The notes: generated by a model from the letters alone, not told the origin. A stretch of DNA of 63,971 nucleotides, filler included, from Octopus bimaculoides (GCF_001194135.2; 6 parts of 6 records of this genome joined end to end with filler, not necessarily neighbours in it); one strand, 5' to 3'; counted from the whole stretch's first letter, positions 24,868-37,965 are shown. Made by a program: numbers and translations.

Positions 24868-25205
24868 CAGGGGTTGGACAAAATAATGGAAACACTTAGC
24901 GTCATAGCATCATAATTTTGAAATATCTATAAAACCATTAAAAGCTTGTTAAATTATATGTTTTTTGATTTATTATTAATGTTGCTTAATATGTTTTGCT
25001 AAAATTGCTGTTTCTTTTCAGATATCATCAGGAAAAGCTAATTAAAATTCATTAAAATGACAGATCTATCAGATTTTCAAAGAGGTCAAATTGTTGGTGC
25101 TTGTATGGCAGGTGCTAGCGTAACGAAAACAGTCAAAATGTTTGGTGTATCAAGAAGTACTGCCTCGAAAGTAATGACAGCTTTTGAGAAAGAGAGAAAA
25201 AACTT
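24868..25205 (+). mobile_element. Tc1-like element, 5' end only (TA|CAGGGGTTGGACAAAATAATGGAAACA; N-terminal HTH)
   Basis: MTDLSDFQRGQIVGACMAGASVTKTVKMFGVSRSTASKVMTAFEKE, truncated at a (TG)n run. Confidence 0.88.
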
Positions 25206-25207
25206 CC

Positions 25208-25238
<31 letters not shown>

Positions 25239-25622
25239 AGTCCAAATTTATAGAAAAACAAAAGACGAAGACAGGTGTAGGAACAAGCAGGTGTATTAGT
25301 TTAATGCTCGGGAATAATGGAAAAGTCTTTTTTTGTTTTGAGCCTACTCTCTTCAATAGAAAAAAATAAGAGGGAGAAAAAAAAATGGAGAGAGAATGAA
25401 AAAAAGTGGAGAGAGAAAAACTGCGGGGTGTTCAGCGGTTCAACATGGCGATCCAGTTTGATCCTGACTGAACTTCCTACTCTCTTGGACTTGCAAATCT
25501 TAACCACTTCCCGAACTATCAGTACCTCTCCTTATCCACATACCAGCATTCTACCCAGATTACTGCTGGATCTTTGTACTCTTTTGGACTCTACCATTAC
25601 AGATCTCCCTGGCATTTTCCGT

Positions 25623-25655
<33 letters not shown>

Positions 25656-26053
25656 TACAGGTGTGGTTGTGCGATAAGAAGCTTTCTTCCCAGCCACATG
25701 GTTCAGGGTTCAGTCCCACTGCATGGCACCTTGGGTAAATGTCTTCTACTATAGCTTCGTGCAAACAAAAGCCTTGTGAGTAGTTTTAGTAGACAAAAAC
25801 TGAAAGAAGGTGACGAGCTGGCAGACACGTTAGCACTCCAGGCGAAATGCTTTGTGATATTTCGTCTGCCACTACGTTCTGAGTTCAAATTCTGCTGAGG
25901 TCGACTTTGCCTTTGATCCTTTTGGGGTCGATTAAATAAGTACCAGTTACGCACTGGGGTTGATATAATCAACAATCCGTTTGTCTGTCCCTGTTTGTCC
26001 CCTCTGTGTGTAGCCCCTTGTGGGCAGTAAAGAAATAAGTAAAAGACAAAAGT

Positions 26054-26102
<49 letters not shown>

Positions 26103-26976
26103 GTGTGTGTGCGTGTCTGAGTATGAGTGTGTGTGATTAATGACGGTTATATATATCAGTACTTCTACTCAAACAATAACTATATCCGGTTTTGGATTAC
26201 AAACCAACCAGGAGTTACCATAACATGACTACCATATCCGTTGTTTGCCTGAAAATCGAATTATGTCGAGAGAGTTACTCAGAATTATATAAAATTACGG
26301 CTATCTTGGAATTTTAGTGCTCTGTTTTTGTTAACCGGCCGCTACTTTCATTATATCCGGCAATTGGTAGGCGGAAAATAATTTACACACACGCACTCGC
26401 ACACGCAAACATACATATACACGCACCTGCACACACACTACACATACATATACACACACATTCATACGCAGTGAAAAAATTTATATAATACATATATACA
26501 TACATATACACACGCATTGTAATACATATACGTATAATACATACATACATACATACACACATACATACACGTACACACACACACACACATACATACATGC
26601 ATGCACACATACATGCATGCAATGCATACATACGTACACACATACATACATACATTCATATGCATACATACATATGATCAATCGTCCGTAGACGAAACTA
26701 TAATATGATACAAGCACTTGCTGGATGAGTTTTTCCTTCGGCGGTTTCCTTCTTCACCACACCGGGTGAGCAATATATACCCGTGACTATAAATGGATGG
26801 CCGTTGATACTCCTGAGTTCCTTTACCCTTCGACAAGTCGTACATTTCATCCCGCAGAGTGTCCAAAAATCATCCTTCTCACCAAGCAAACTTGTTGGGG
26901 TTGCCGGTTCAGATCCGACGATCCAGCCAGGCAACAGGTTGTACAGGGTTACAAATAACCAGTGGAGCAAGAACGA

Positions 26977-27020
<44 letters not shown>

Positions 27021-27884
27021 TGCTTATATGTGTGTATGTATGTATGCATGTATGTATGTATGTATGGCANNNNNNNNNNNNNNNNNNNNNNNNNNNNNNN
27101 NNNNNNNNNNNNNTTAATTAATTAANNNNNNNNNNNNNNNNNNNNNNNNNNNNNNNNNNNNNNNNNNNNGTGCGGGTGGCACATAAAAGACACCATTTCG
27201 AGGGTGGCCGTTTTCATGAGGGTGACACGTAAAAGCACCCACTACACTCTCTGAGTGGTTGGCGTTAGGAAGGGCATCCAGCTGTAGAAACTCTGCCAAA
27301 TTAGATTGGAGCCTGGTGTTGCCATCCGGTTTCACCAGTCCTCAGTCAAATCGTCCAACCCATGCTAGCATGGAAAGCGGACGTTAAACGATGACGATGA
27401 TCTCTTCTCTTCCTCACATTTCCTCTTTTTCATACCAATGCTTATCTCTTTCTCCCCAATCCTGTCCTCACTGTATCATTGCTATCCTGTTGTCTCCTAG
27501 CCCCCCTAGATATCCAGGATTCACCAGTCACTGCACTTCACCACCACACTCTTTGCATTCAGATGTATCTTCCGAGAGAGATAGATGGTGGTGAAGTGCC
27601 AGGGCGTACCCTCAGTATGGGGGTTAAAGTATAAATGCTAGAGTACTGCCAAAGGTGCATGAGTAGGGAGTAGAGTATCTTCCATGACTGAAATTTTGCT
27701 CGGCTTGATGGGTCTTCTTCTCAAGCACCAATAATCAAAAAACTTTTTCTCATTGAAAGAATTACTGAAGTATAATCAATTTCTTTGAGAAGAATAATTA
27801 AAAACAAAAGACAAATGTATACAAAACAGTTTTTATTTAATCAACAAACTTGTATACCTAGGAAATCTTTTCATTGTCAGTGAT

Positions 27885-27894
27885 TTAACTGCCT
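27885..27894 (-). CDS. SEC61G: Sec61 gamma terminal coding exon (10 nt, A GGC AGT TAA; protein ends IIVGS*)
   Basis: Acceptor GTCTATTTTTCAG|AGGCAGTTAA. 94+103+10=207 nt = 68 aa + stop. AATAAA on the minus strand at 27837-27832. Confidence 0.88.
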
Positions 27895-29086
27895 CTGAAA
27901 AATAGACAGAGAAATAGTTTATTGAAAATTTACAATTTTTCAGGAAATTTTATAACAGTTATAAAATTATAAAAGTAAACTCTGTTTTTTAAGAAAGAAT
28001 TTATTTAAGACTTTAGTGTCTTTAGGAAAATGAAATTAAGAAAAAAGACAAGTAAGGAAGTGAACTATTTGAAAAAAAAAAACCAACTATGATTTCAGGG
28101 ATGTTAGATGTGGAGAGAGAGAGAGATAGCAACTTTGACATTTCTGAATGACATCCATAAACTGTTTAGACAACTTACTAGACATAGCTGAAAGTTTAAG
28201 TGATCTAATTTTGTTGCAATAGCACAGTTGTTAGAATAAAGAATGAGTGGAAAATGTTTGGGGAGTTGTTGCCTCTGGTAATCAATAAAACAAAACCCCC
28301 CTCCCTCATCCAAAGGAAGGTTGTACGAAATCAACTTAAATATTTTGATGTTGATGTTAGACGTGGAAATCATCAGAGGCAGGACAAAAATGAGATACTT
28401 CACAAAATCATCATCATTTAATGTCCATTTTCAGTGCTGGCATGGGTTGGATGATTTGATAGAAGCTGGCATGCTGGGGAGTTGCACCAGGCACCAACTG
28501 ATTGTTTTGGAATGGTTTCTATGGCTGGATACTCTTCCTAATGCTAATCACTTTACAGAGTGCACAGGGTGCTTTTAACATGGCACAAAAAACCAGAACT
28601 GTCAGAAGAGGATATTCGGGAAGAGAAGTGAACAAAATGGGGAGATCAGTTCTTCACATGATATGATGAAAGACTGAAGTATGTGGCAATATGCTGCAAG
28701 ACACAACTACCAGACTTCTGTCTGGATAGCACTACGACAACAACAACAACTGCATTGCATTAAATGAAAATAGGAGGGAAAACTATTATTAAAACAATCT
28801 CTGAATTCATAATGAAAAATACTTTTAGGGGCAGGCATATGTGGTAAGAAGCTTGCTTCTCAATCACATGGTTGCTGGTTCAGTCCTAATGTGTGGCACT
28901 TTGAGCAAGTGTCTTCTATTATAGCCTCAGGCCAACCAAAGCCTTGAGTGGATTTGGTTGATGGAAACTGAAAGAAGCCTGCTGTGTATATATGTGTGTG
29001 TCCACTGCTTGACAACTGGTGTTGGTGTGTTTACATCCCTGTAACTTAATGGTTCAGCAGAAAGACTGATAAAGTACTAGGCTTAA

Positions 29087-29318
29087 CCCTTTCCTTACCA
29101 ACCCGGCTGAAACCGCCCCTGGGTCTCTAGTACAAATGTCTTGTTTTCATAAGTTTTGAATTAAAATCTTCCACCAAACATTAGTTATCATTAAGCTTGT
29201 GTTATATTCCTAACACAAGCTTAATGATAGCTAAGTTATTTTACTAAATTCTTTGTTATATTTTAAATTAATTTAAAGAAATACAGAACATCTCAACAGA
29301 AATACGGTAACGAAAGGG
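29087..29318. mobile_element. piggyBac-like MITE inserted into a family A SINE inside SEC61G intron 3
   Basis: TTAA|CCCTTTCCTTACC ... GGTAACGAAAGGG|TTAA. Related fragments at 48355-48451 and 48560-48750. Confidence 0.85.
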
Positions 29319-29488
29319 TTAAAGAAAAAAAAGTACTGGAGTCAAATCATTCGACTAAAAATTCTTGAAGGCGATGCCCCAGCATGGCCACAGTCTAATG
29401 AGAGAAACAAGTAAAAGATAAAAAAAAGAGCCAAAAATGAAATTCATTCAGATTGCAGCCGTTCATGGGAAGCAAGCTGGTTTACTTA

Positions 29489-29650
<162 letters not shown>

Positions 29651-29790
29651 TCATTTGTTTGAATGAATATAAATTTTAATTTGGTTTGCGTCAATCATGA
29701 CAACCCCCAAAGAATTAAGAAGATAAATGAAAGAAAACAGCTTCGATTGGTGATGGGGAGCACCTTAGAAATGATTCAGATCTCTTAAAA

Positions 29791-30053
29791 CAGGGGTTTT
29801 CAAACTGTGGTCCTTGGACCACAGGGGGTCCGTGGACAGCAAATACTTTTTATGGGCAATTTGATTTTATATATGTTTTTTAATCGAAATCTTTTAATTG
29901 ACAATAAACCTATTTGTTAAATACTGTTAAATAAATAAATGTAAAAATATATGTTATTTTAAGCAAATATTTATGTATAAATTTCATAAGCGTTTATAAG
30001 ATAAAGCCTGAAATATAAAGGGGTCCGCAATTCAAAAAGTTTGAAAACCCCCG
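29791..30053. mobile_element. hAT (Charlie-like) MITE inside SEC61G intron 2
   Basis: TIR CAGGGGTTTTCAAACT / AGTTTGAAAACCCCCG; 8 bp TSD TCTTAAAA vs TCTTAGAA. Confidence 0.85.
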
Positions 30054-30535
30054 TCTTAGAAGTAATGCTCCTTTATAAATTATAGGAACAATGCAAGTTA
30101 TCTATATATACAGGGTCTGCAGCTTGGTTTTGAGTCTAGCTCAACAAGTCCTTTTCATTTTACATCATTAACCCTTTAGCATTCAGAATCATCATCATCA
30201 TCAAACGTCCACTTTCCATGCTGGCATGAGTTGGACGGTTTGACTGAGGACTGGCAAGCCGGGAGGCTGCACCAGGCTCCAATCTGATGTGCCAGCTGGA
30301 TGGCCTTCCTAACACCAACCACTCCAAGAGTGAAATAGAACCTTTTTTATTTTTAAAATCAAAATGCTCGCTTCTATTAGACGTTTAAATACAACAAAAC
30401 ATGTACAAAATTTAAGGAATTACTTAGTTGATAATCGTTTATCCTTTCAACAAAGTTTTTTTGTTACTTGATATAAATTATATATGTAAAATAGTAAAGG
30501 TTCAATTTATTCAATTTAAAGTTACAAATAGTTAC

Positions 30536-30629
30536 CTTTTCTGTCTGGTTTTGTGCATCTTTTGACAAGTCTTATGGAGTCTTTGGCAAACTGTTTGCCA
30601 GGCTCAACCATTTGCATTACCTGATCCAT
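30536..30629 (-). CDS. SEC61G: Sec61 translocon gamma subunit, first coding exon (94 nt; [31 protein letters not shown] + G of E)
   Basis: Manual minus-strand translation matches the conserved Sec61-gamma N-terminus ([28 protein letters not shown]). Acceptor TTTAATCTGAAAG|CAATG upstream, donor AAAG|GTAACT at 30535. Confidence 0.97.
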
Positions 30630-32383
30630 TGCTTTCAGATTAAAAAAATAAAAAAAATAAATGAATATACTAAATAAAAACAAATAAGTTTAAAGAGAAA
30701 CCATGTTTTATTAAATTACATATTCAGTATACAGGATCTGTTAGGTTACCACAGATTGTTTGCAAATACATCTAAGTGGGACTTTAATCAACAATAACCA
30801 CTTCTTAGAAAAGGGGATGCCATGGTAAAAAAAAGAAGAAGCTTTACTGAGAAGTTTATAAGAAGATACAGATGATGAAAAAATTGAGAAGAGGATGTAA
30901 CAAAGGAGTCTGGCATGGGTTGGACAACAGCATGGACATCTAACGTCCGTTTTCCATGCTTGGACATTAAATGTATTTGTGCATATACACACACACACAC
31001 ACACACCTAATGGGTTGCACATAGTTCCAGGATACTAAATTTAATTCTCAAAGCATTGGTCAAGGCTATAGAAGACAATACGGTAGAGATGGACTATATG
31101 TAATCTGAACCTCCCCCCCCCCTTATTTATTAATTTTTTTTATGGAATCCCACGTTTTAGGCTATGGAGATTCCGATTCTGAAAAAAAAATTTTTGAAAC
31201 ATTTCAACCCCCACCCCACCAAGCAGGCTATTTACATGCTAGAAATAACAGCCAAATCTCACAANNNNNNNNNNNNNNNNNNNNNNNNNNNNNNNNNNNN
31301 NNNNNNNNNNNNNNNNNNNNNNNNNNNNNNNNNNNNNNNNNNNNNNNNNNNNNNNNNNNNNNNNNNNNNNNNNNNNNNNNNNNNNNNNNNNNNNNNNNNN
31401 NNNNNNNNNNNNNNNNNNNNNNNNNNNNNNNNNNNNNNNNNNNNNNNNNNNNNNNNNNNNNNNNNNNNNNNNNNNNNNNNNNNNNNNNNNNNNNNNNNNN
31501 NNNNNNNNNNNNNNNNNNNNNNNTTAAAAGGGGGGGGGGTATACCTAGATTACATATACTCCATCTCCACCATAAAATAACCCAATCTGGGTATTAAGGC
31601 AACTCATTATTATTTTTGAGAAAATATTTATGTTAAATGAACTTCCAGCTCTATATCCGCCAATGCCTAACTATTTGTCGTTTAGCCCAAAGTCTGCTGT
31701 TATTACCCATATTTATTTCACGGTGTATCTACAAAAACATTATCGAAAGTATCCTTTCTTTTATTAAGACGGTATGGTGTGATATGGAGAACATTTAGTT
31801 GTTTGTGTTTTAGCCCCAGGTTGACAATATTGTTCTCACATATGGAATAGTAAATCTTTAATACTAATATTTCTGAAATATTGTTCCTTGGTTGTGTAAT
31901 TTGAAACAAATACCTTCAGACAATATCGTGATTAGTCCGTTTGCATTCTATTTAAACAATTTCCCTTTAACGTTTTATGCTTAATTGTGAATTATTGTCT
32001 TTTACTCTATTCAGTCTTACAACGGTAAATTTCTAAGAGATATTTCTATTACACAGTATTCCAATCAAATTCTAATTTTTAATATTATTACGAATTAATC
32101 ATATTGAACATTCTATTCAGTAACATTTTCAATTGACATCAATGTATATATATTTATCACCAAAAAGAAAGGAAATGTAACCCTATTTTCGCTCAATTCG
32201 TCTGTTAAAGGGTTCTTCTTCTTCGCCTCCCAGCTTCCCAACAAGTGACACGTTGACATAAAAAAGGTCGATCATCATAAAATACATCTTTCGATATACA
32301 CAAAACGATTAAATTCCTTTAAAACACAATTTAGTAATTAACTTAAATAAATTACTGGTGAAGCAATATTAATTCGGGTTTAC

Positions 32384-32450
32384 CTGAGTTTTTCTTGTCA
32401 GACTTAAGCAGACAATGTCGTCAATGAAATATATTACATGTAGCATCAAC
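32384..32450 (-). other. SEC61G: Probable non-coding first exon (5' UTR) of SEC61G
   Basis: Strong donor CTCAG|GTAAAC at 32384/32383, directly downstream of a CCGGAAGT motif in a CpG-retaining region. The 5' boundary is approximate. Confidence 0.6.
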
Positions 32451-32690
32451 TTCCGGAAAGACAGAGTCCGATATCAAATAAATGCCATAATCTGATTGCA
32501 CGAAATTAATTTAAATCTAAATATCTGAAATTATAATTAAAAACATTCGTCTTCCGTATTTAAATTTAAGCTATTTTTTTAGTACTAAATTACATGTATG
32601 TTAATTAAGCTCATTTTTTTTAAAGTTGTCTAGTGAATATTTTCTTCTTTAACCGGAAGCAAGTACTGATGACCAATGACGTGTATTAGT
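32445..32690 (-). promoter_or_regulatory. Putative SEC61G promoter: ETS-type CCGGAAGT (32456-32449, minus), CCGGAAG (32653-32659), CCAAT (32673-32677) overlapping TGACGTGT (32677-32684)
   Basis: Motifs read directly from the sequence, positioned upstream of the putative exon 1, with local CpG retention. Function is inferred. Confidence 0.55.
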
Positions 32691-32771
32691 TCACTGTTTA
32701 GTACTTTTTTTTCTTACTTTTTGGTAGATTACAATCAAATATCACATTAAGTTTGTCTAAATAAATTTTGG

Positions 32772-33406
32772 GGATCTATTTCAAAACGGGGGCACCAGTT
32801 TTCATTTACGTTTTATGTAGTGGTTTTGGTACCGAAAGACTTTCAAACTTCGTATACTTATCTATTTTGTGTTATAGAACAGAAAAAAATGTTTGTATTC
32901 GAATTTATTTCATGTAAAAAATTCTTATTTCGATTATTTCTACTAATCACTGACGTCTATTCAGTTGAAAACAGTTAGCGCTGTAACGGTGTATATCGTA
33001 TTAATCCCCTAACCAGACTGTTAACCCTAACCCTAAAACTAACCCTAACTCTAGAATCCGAACTCTAAAATTGTTACACACATAGATACGCACAGCGTAA
33101 TTTATTATATAAACAATATATGCGTATAAATTACGATTAAACCGGATGAAATATGTCACAGGGAATAACATTTTTATGACCGCCCAGCAGTAACTCTATT
33201 CAGCTGAATAGACGTCAGTGATTGGTTGAAATTACAGAAATACGACAACTTTAACATGGAATAACTTGCGATGTACGTTTTTTTGTTAAGAAGACTAAGA
33301 GTAAAAGATGTTTTATATGACACATTCTACCAGTGTCCCAAGTTTCAAAGTGTTTCGTTAGTGTTTCGTTAAGAAAATACTGGTGCCCCCGTTTTGAAAT
33401 AGATCC
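32772..33406. mobile_element. MITE (TIR GGATCTATTTCAAAACGGGGGCACCAGT) with internal (CCCTAA)-like array, upstream of SEC61G
   Basis: TIRs at both ends; internal sequence homologous to 23134-23745 in inverted orientation. Confidence 0.85.
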
Positions 33407-33975
33407 AATTTTTGATTAAAACATCAGGTTTAACGGGCACTTTACGGTCGTAAAAAAGTGAAATTAAATTGTGATAGAAACGGGAAGTGATGACACTCTC
33501 ACCCACGTATATTATTTGGATTTTTATGAGTAGAGGAAAAGGAATTGGCCTGTGTTGTCCAAGTAATCTACAAGAACAATGCCACCTCTTCCCGTCGTTT
33601 GTTTCTCTACAGCTTATTAAACGCGCAGGATTATTGCATCTCTCATGTAACAGTGCTGACTATCATGCATCACTGTGCAAGCCACTGAATTACTTTCTTG
33701 CGTATAGTACTTTGGAAGGGTGTACTGCAGCTATTAATTCTGAAATACTTAATATATTAAATAGAATGTACTATAGGTGCGTGTGGCCATGGTATAATGA
33801 GAGAGTTCTTAATGCTCTTTTTTAATGAAATTTTGGCATGTCACTATCGCCACGAGGTTTCTATTGCAATTTACTTTCATTTTTTAGGTCTATTTACTTT
33901 CACTATTTTACAGCAGTAAACCAGTTGCATAGCTAGAGTGCGTACCGTATGGAGCAACCTTTTAGTTTGTTGGAC

Positions 33976-34625
33976 CACAGAATTTTTTTCCCAAGAGAGT
34001 TCTGGACCCCAGTTATGAACTCATTTGCCTACAGCCTATCAGAGCTCAACTATGAAACTAGTGTCCATTTAGTCACAAAAATACTCTGGTTGAGTTCAAT
34101 GGAAAATGGGCGTTTTAGTAAAATGTAATTGTTCTAAATGGGTTAATAGGGGTGACAAATGTGAAATTTAGTGTATAAAGTGAATGGAGAGCTGCTCACC
34201 GATGATGCCATAAGTGTTGCCAATTTGCGTATAATTTACAAGAAAATGACTGATTTTGTATATTCCTAATTTAAAATGTTAGTGTTGATCTAGAAACATC
34301 ATAATCAATATGGCGTTGTGTCGTATTGCACCCTCCTAGCATTTATCAATGGGTACATGCAGTATCCACTAATCTCAGTTGAGCATAGGTACCTAATGTT
34401 TGTTCTATATAGAGATGGTGCTCAATTGATCTATGACGATAATGGGGGGGGGGGCTTATGTGAGACCTGCTGTGCTGTACACACAGAGTGACACACCATT
34501 CTATGCCTGACTGGCTGTACTGTAGTAGTACACAGTATGTAGATTTTCAAAGTGAGCTCTGATTGGCTGTATACAAATGAGTTCATTACTGGGGTCCAGA
34601 ACACTCATGGAAAAAAAATTTTTGT
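33976..34625. mobile_element. TIR element of about 650 bp with about 75 bp arms (GTTCTGGACCCCAGT.ATGAACTCATTTG..TACAGCC.ATCAGAGCTCA)
   Basis: 33981-34060 aligns to the reverse complement of 34543-34620. Superfamily unclear. Confidence 0.78.
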
Positions 34626-36072
34626 TGCCCTACCTCCTTCACATCCACCTGCAGCCTCCCCACCCTGTATACATGCATACCCAACATTGCTGTACCAATA
34701 AAAGCGTCACTCGGGGCGAAGTGTCCCCTTGCCTCTGTTCCCTAGCTATATACAGCGGTAGACTCCCTGTTAAACGAAAAACTTTGGGCACAACTATAGT
34801 TTGGTGTTGTCTCACCTTACAGATTTTGTTTTCTCACAGCTTTCTTTAAAATGCATATTTTAAAATGGAAATCTTTTCGAGATGCATTTTCAAAAGTGAA
34901 AGTTAACAATTATTTTGATTAAATTTTGGGATAAGTTTCAGATAACCACCACCTCTTTCAGTTGTGATAAAGCAAACTCTTCACTCTCATGGAGCCATGG
35001 AAACAAAGAAGCACCCATGAAATTCCATGAAGAATATATATTTTTAAGAAGGTTTTCCAGTGAGTGAATTGGAGGAAAGGAGAAAAAACTAATCTTTTAC
35101 TTTCCAGGAATTGTTGCTGTCTGAAAACTGAAATTCTCATTCCTTAAGTATCACCATGCTGTATTTATACATTTTTCCTTTTAATTATTTTCTATTCATT
35201 GGCATACAATTCCCATCTAAACAATGGTGCTGTTGCTACACTCACATACAAACTCCAGACTATACCCAAAGGAAAGCTATCCAACTGACCAGCAAAAAAA
35301 ACAATCACCAATACACATTAACATACAAGCATGCTGTTTCTCCTCCTCTCACTACTTCGTCAGCATTTGCTCTTAACAGACCAATTGCATACTCTTTTCT
35401 CTGGACCCACTTGTTTTCCTTCCCATTTACATTTTCCTTATGGACATTGACATTTGATTTTTCAAGCTAAACATCAACCATAATTTCTCAAGAGTGAGGG
35501 AGTTTACAGAGATCATGGGCATTGCTTCCATTTCTATCTTCTTGGCACTTTAGCCTCATAATCTTTGTCTTCAGACTCATACGTTATTTATATCAAAGAC
35601 ACAAGAAATTAATGATGCTAGCAGATTTGATGAACATTTTTTTTTTTTGCTGTAAAATAAAAGATAAATAAATAAATAAAATGAAGTACTTAAAAATGCT
35701 TTATTCAAAATGTTTTAAAAATTCCTTTGTCTTTTGGAACACTTCTTTTAAAATATATAGAAAATATAGAATTTTATGAGTATAATTTTCTTCTCTAATA
35801 GACCACAATCAGCACTCCATAAAAAGAAACCAAAAGGTTTCTATCTCCCAAAACAATTTCCATTTTTTGTAAAACAATTCTAAAAAATTAGAATAGTTTA
35901 TTTGGAAAACTGTATATTCTCAAAAAAAGCATATTTCTTTGCAGAAATTAAGTGTTGGACAGTTGACAAATTCTTTTCCATTTTGTCACAAAAGACATGA
36001 CAATATTATGTTAAGACAATTAAATTCCACTTATTATTAAAATAATTGAAATATTCTTTAAAATTCTGGTGC

Positions 36073-36168
36073 TTAATATTGTTCTTGTAAAATTTCATAG
36101 GCAATTTGTTCTTCTCGTTCAAAAGCTGGCAAATCAGAAATTCTTCTAAGACATCTCAGTACAAAAAT
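36073..36168 (-). CDS. Candidate terminal coding exon of an unidentified gene (IFVLRCLRRISDLPAFEREEQIAYEILQEQY*)
   Basis: Acceptor GTCTTTTTATTAACTTTAG|ATT, protein-like composition, stop TAA, and a downstream AATAAA near 35900 on the minus strand. Upstream exons not identified. Confidence 0.42.
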   Translation of the reverse strand: MFVLRCLRRISDLPAFEREEQIAYEILQEQY

Positions 36169-36649
36169 CTAAAGTTAATAAAAAGACAGTAATTTGTTAG
36201 ATAAATATTTTTTGTGAAACAAAAGATACACAATAACCAATAACCAATCACTGAGTGAGTATTAACATATTCAACTCTTTAACATACAGATTACGCTCTC
36301 AAATGTAATGCTTATTTATTCCATTGTATTATCCTGTAACTTCAAGATTTCAATGATGTGTTTGCTTTAAACTTGAATCTTTTTTTTTTTTTTAATGTTA
36401 GACATAGAAAAGAACCTGCAAAACAAATGAAGATGGTATTTTCTATAACAAAAATCTAGAACAATAGACACAAAATTCTGTCTGTTTGTCAATCCTGGAC
36501 CCCTGTATCTCAGTCTGCATTTGCTCTACATAGACATATTATACTTTTTTGGGATCAGGATGTTTCTGGGATTGAAAATCTGCCTTCATTTAGTTTTTAG
36601 TAGAAAGTGGGTTATACATCTTTAGACGTATACCTGACTTTCCTACTAT

Positions 36650-36902
36650 AAACTTAGAATATAACGGAACGCTGAACTCCAGACTATCAACTTAAACAAC
36701 ACTTTATTCAGGTGGTAAATATATACATCTTTAGTTCTTGTTGTTACAGCTTCTGTTGTGTATGAGCATAGTTGTTGAGACGTTGTTCTGTAGTTGTAAG
36801 CGAGCTGTCGAGTGTAAGTCCGAAAGATGTAGAGAGACAGCTTAACACGTAAAGAGACACTCTTGACACGTCCGTGCTCATGGTCGGCCGACCGTAAAAG
36901 AG
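36650..36902 (-). mobile_element. Possible solo-LTR fragment
   Basis: Minus strand AATAAAGTGTTGTTTAAGTTGATAGTCTGGAGTTCAGCGTTCCGTTATA resembles an LTR U5 end; CpG-rich; runs into a gap. Confidence 0.3.
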
Positions 36903-37051
36903 NNNNNNNNNNNNNNNNNNNNNNNNNNNNNNNNNNNNNNNNNNNNTTAATTAATTAANNNNNNNNNNNNNNNNNNNNNNNNNNNNNNNNNNNNNNNNNN
37001 NNAATTAAATGGGCTTTGATTTACTGTCAGGTGACTTTTGGCCAACCCTAT

Positions 37052-37083
<32 letters not shown>

Positions 37084-37481
37084 TCACACACATAGGTATA
37101 TGACATTTTTGTCCTTTCTTCCTTTTCTGCCAAAGAGCATAGGCTCAAAACATCAGCAACTTCTTTCATTCTCCCTGAGCGTCGGACTAATACACCTGCT
37201 CGTTTCCTCGCCTGTCTTTGTCCTTTGTTTGCCGTAGATTTGAACTATATAAATACAGACACAAACACGGGAGTCAAGCAAAATTAACAAGCAGCTGGTC
37301 ACTGAAAGCATGGCACTAAGAGTAGAGATTAGCGAGAGAGGAAAAAACAAAAGTCCTATGCACCAGTCACTCTTTCTTATACGCTCACCAACACCACTAT
37401 ACAGAGACACACACACAGAGGCACACAAATCTTAGGAGAGAGAGATAGAATGAATAAAAAGTCAAAGCAATAAATAAGATG

Positions 37482-37524
<43 letters not shown>

Positions 37525-37689
37525 TGCAGGGGTGGCTGTGTGGTAAGTAGCTTGCTTACCAACCACATGGTTCCGGGTTCAGTCCCACTGTGTGGCACTT
37601 TGGGCAAGTGTCTTCTACTATAGCCTCGGGCCGACCAAAGCCTTGCAGATAGATTTGGTAGACGGAAACTGAAAGAAGCTTGTTATCTT

Positions 37690-37965
37690 AGTGAAGGCAT
37701 GTCTTGATGGTTAGAGTATTTGGCTCATGACCAGAGGGTCATGAGTTCAATTCCCAGCAGCGTGTTGTGTCCTTGAGCAAGACACTTTATTTCTTCATTG
37801 CTCCAGTCCACTCACCTGGTAAAAATGAGTTGTACCTGTAATTCGAAAAGGGCCGCCCTTGTCACACTCTGTGCCATGCTGAATCTTCCAGAGAACTACA
37901 TTAAGGGTATGTGTGTCTGTGGAGTACTCAGCCACTTGTATGTCAATTTCAGAAGCAGGCTGTAT
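37690..37965 (+). mobile_element. tRNA-derived CORE-like SINE (GTGTCCTTGAGCAAGACACTTTATTTC...CCAGTCCACTCA.CTGG.AAAAATGAGT); second copy at 38640-38960
   Basis: A/B-box-like head (GAGTTCAATTCC), CORE-like central domain, two copies. Confidence 0.8.

Noticed and set aside
26690-26980. GC-richer island with ORFs on both strands
   Set aside because: No recognisable protein or splice signals. Probably a retroelement fragment (CTTC-like motif) isolated between microsatellites.
33000-33055. Telomerase RNA template or chromosome end (CTAACCCTAAC)
   Set aside because: It lies inside a TIR-bounded MITE whose relative at 23134-23745 has the same array.
33515-33545. U12 snRNA-like TTATGAGTAGAGGAAAA
   Set aside because: Only a short partial match; I found no Sm site or remaining U12 stems.
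33487-33660. C/D-box snoRNA (GTGATGA...CTGA)
   Set aside because: The D box is far away, and I found no terminal stem and no recognisable guide.
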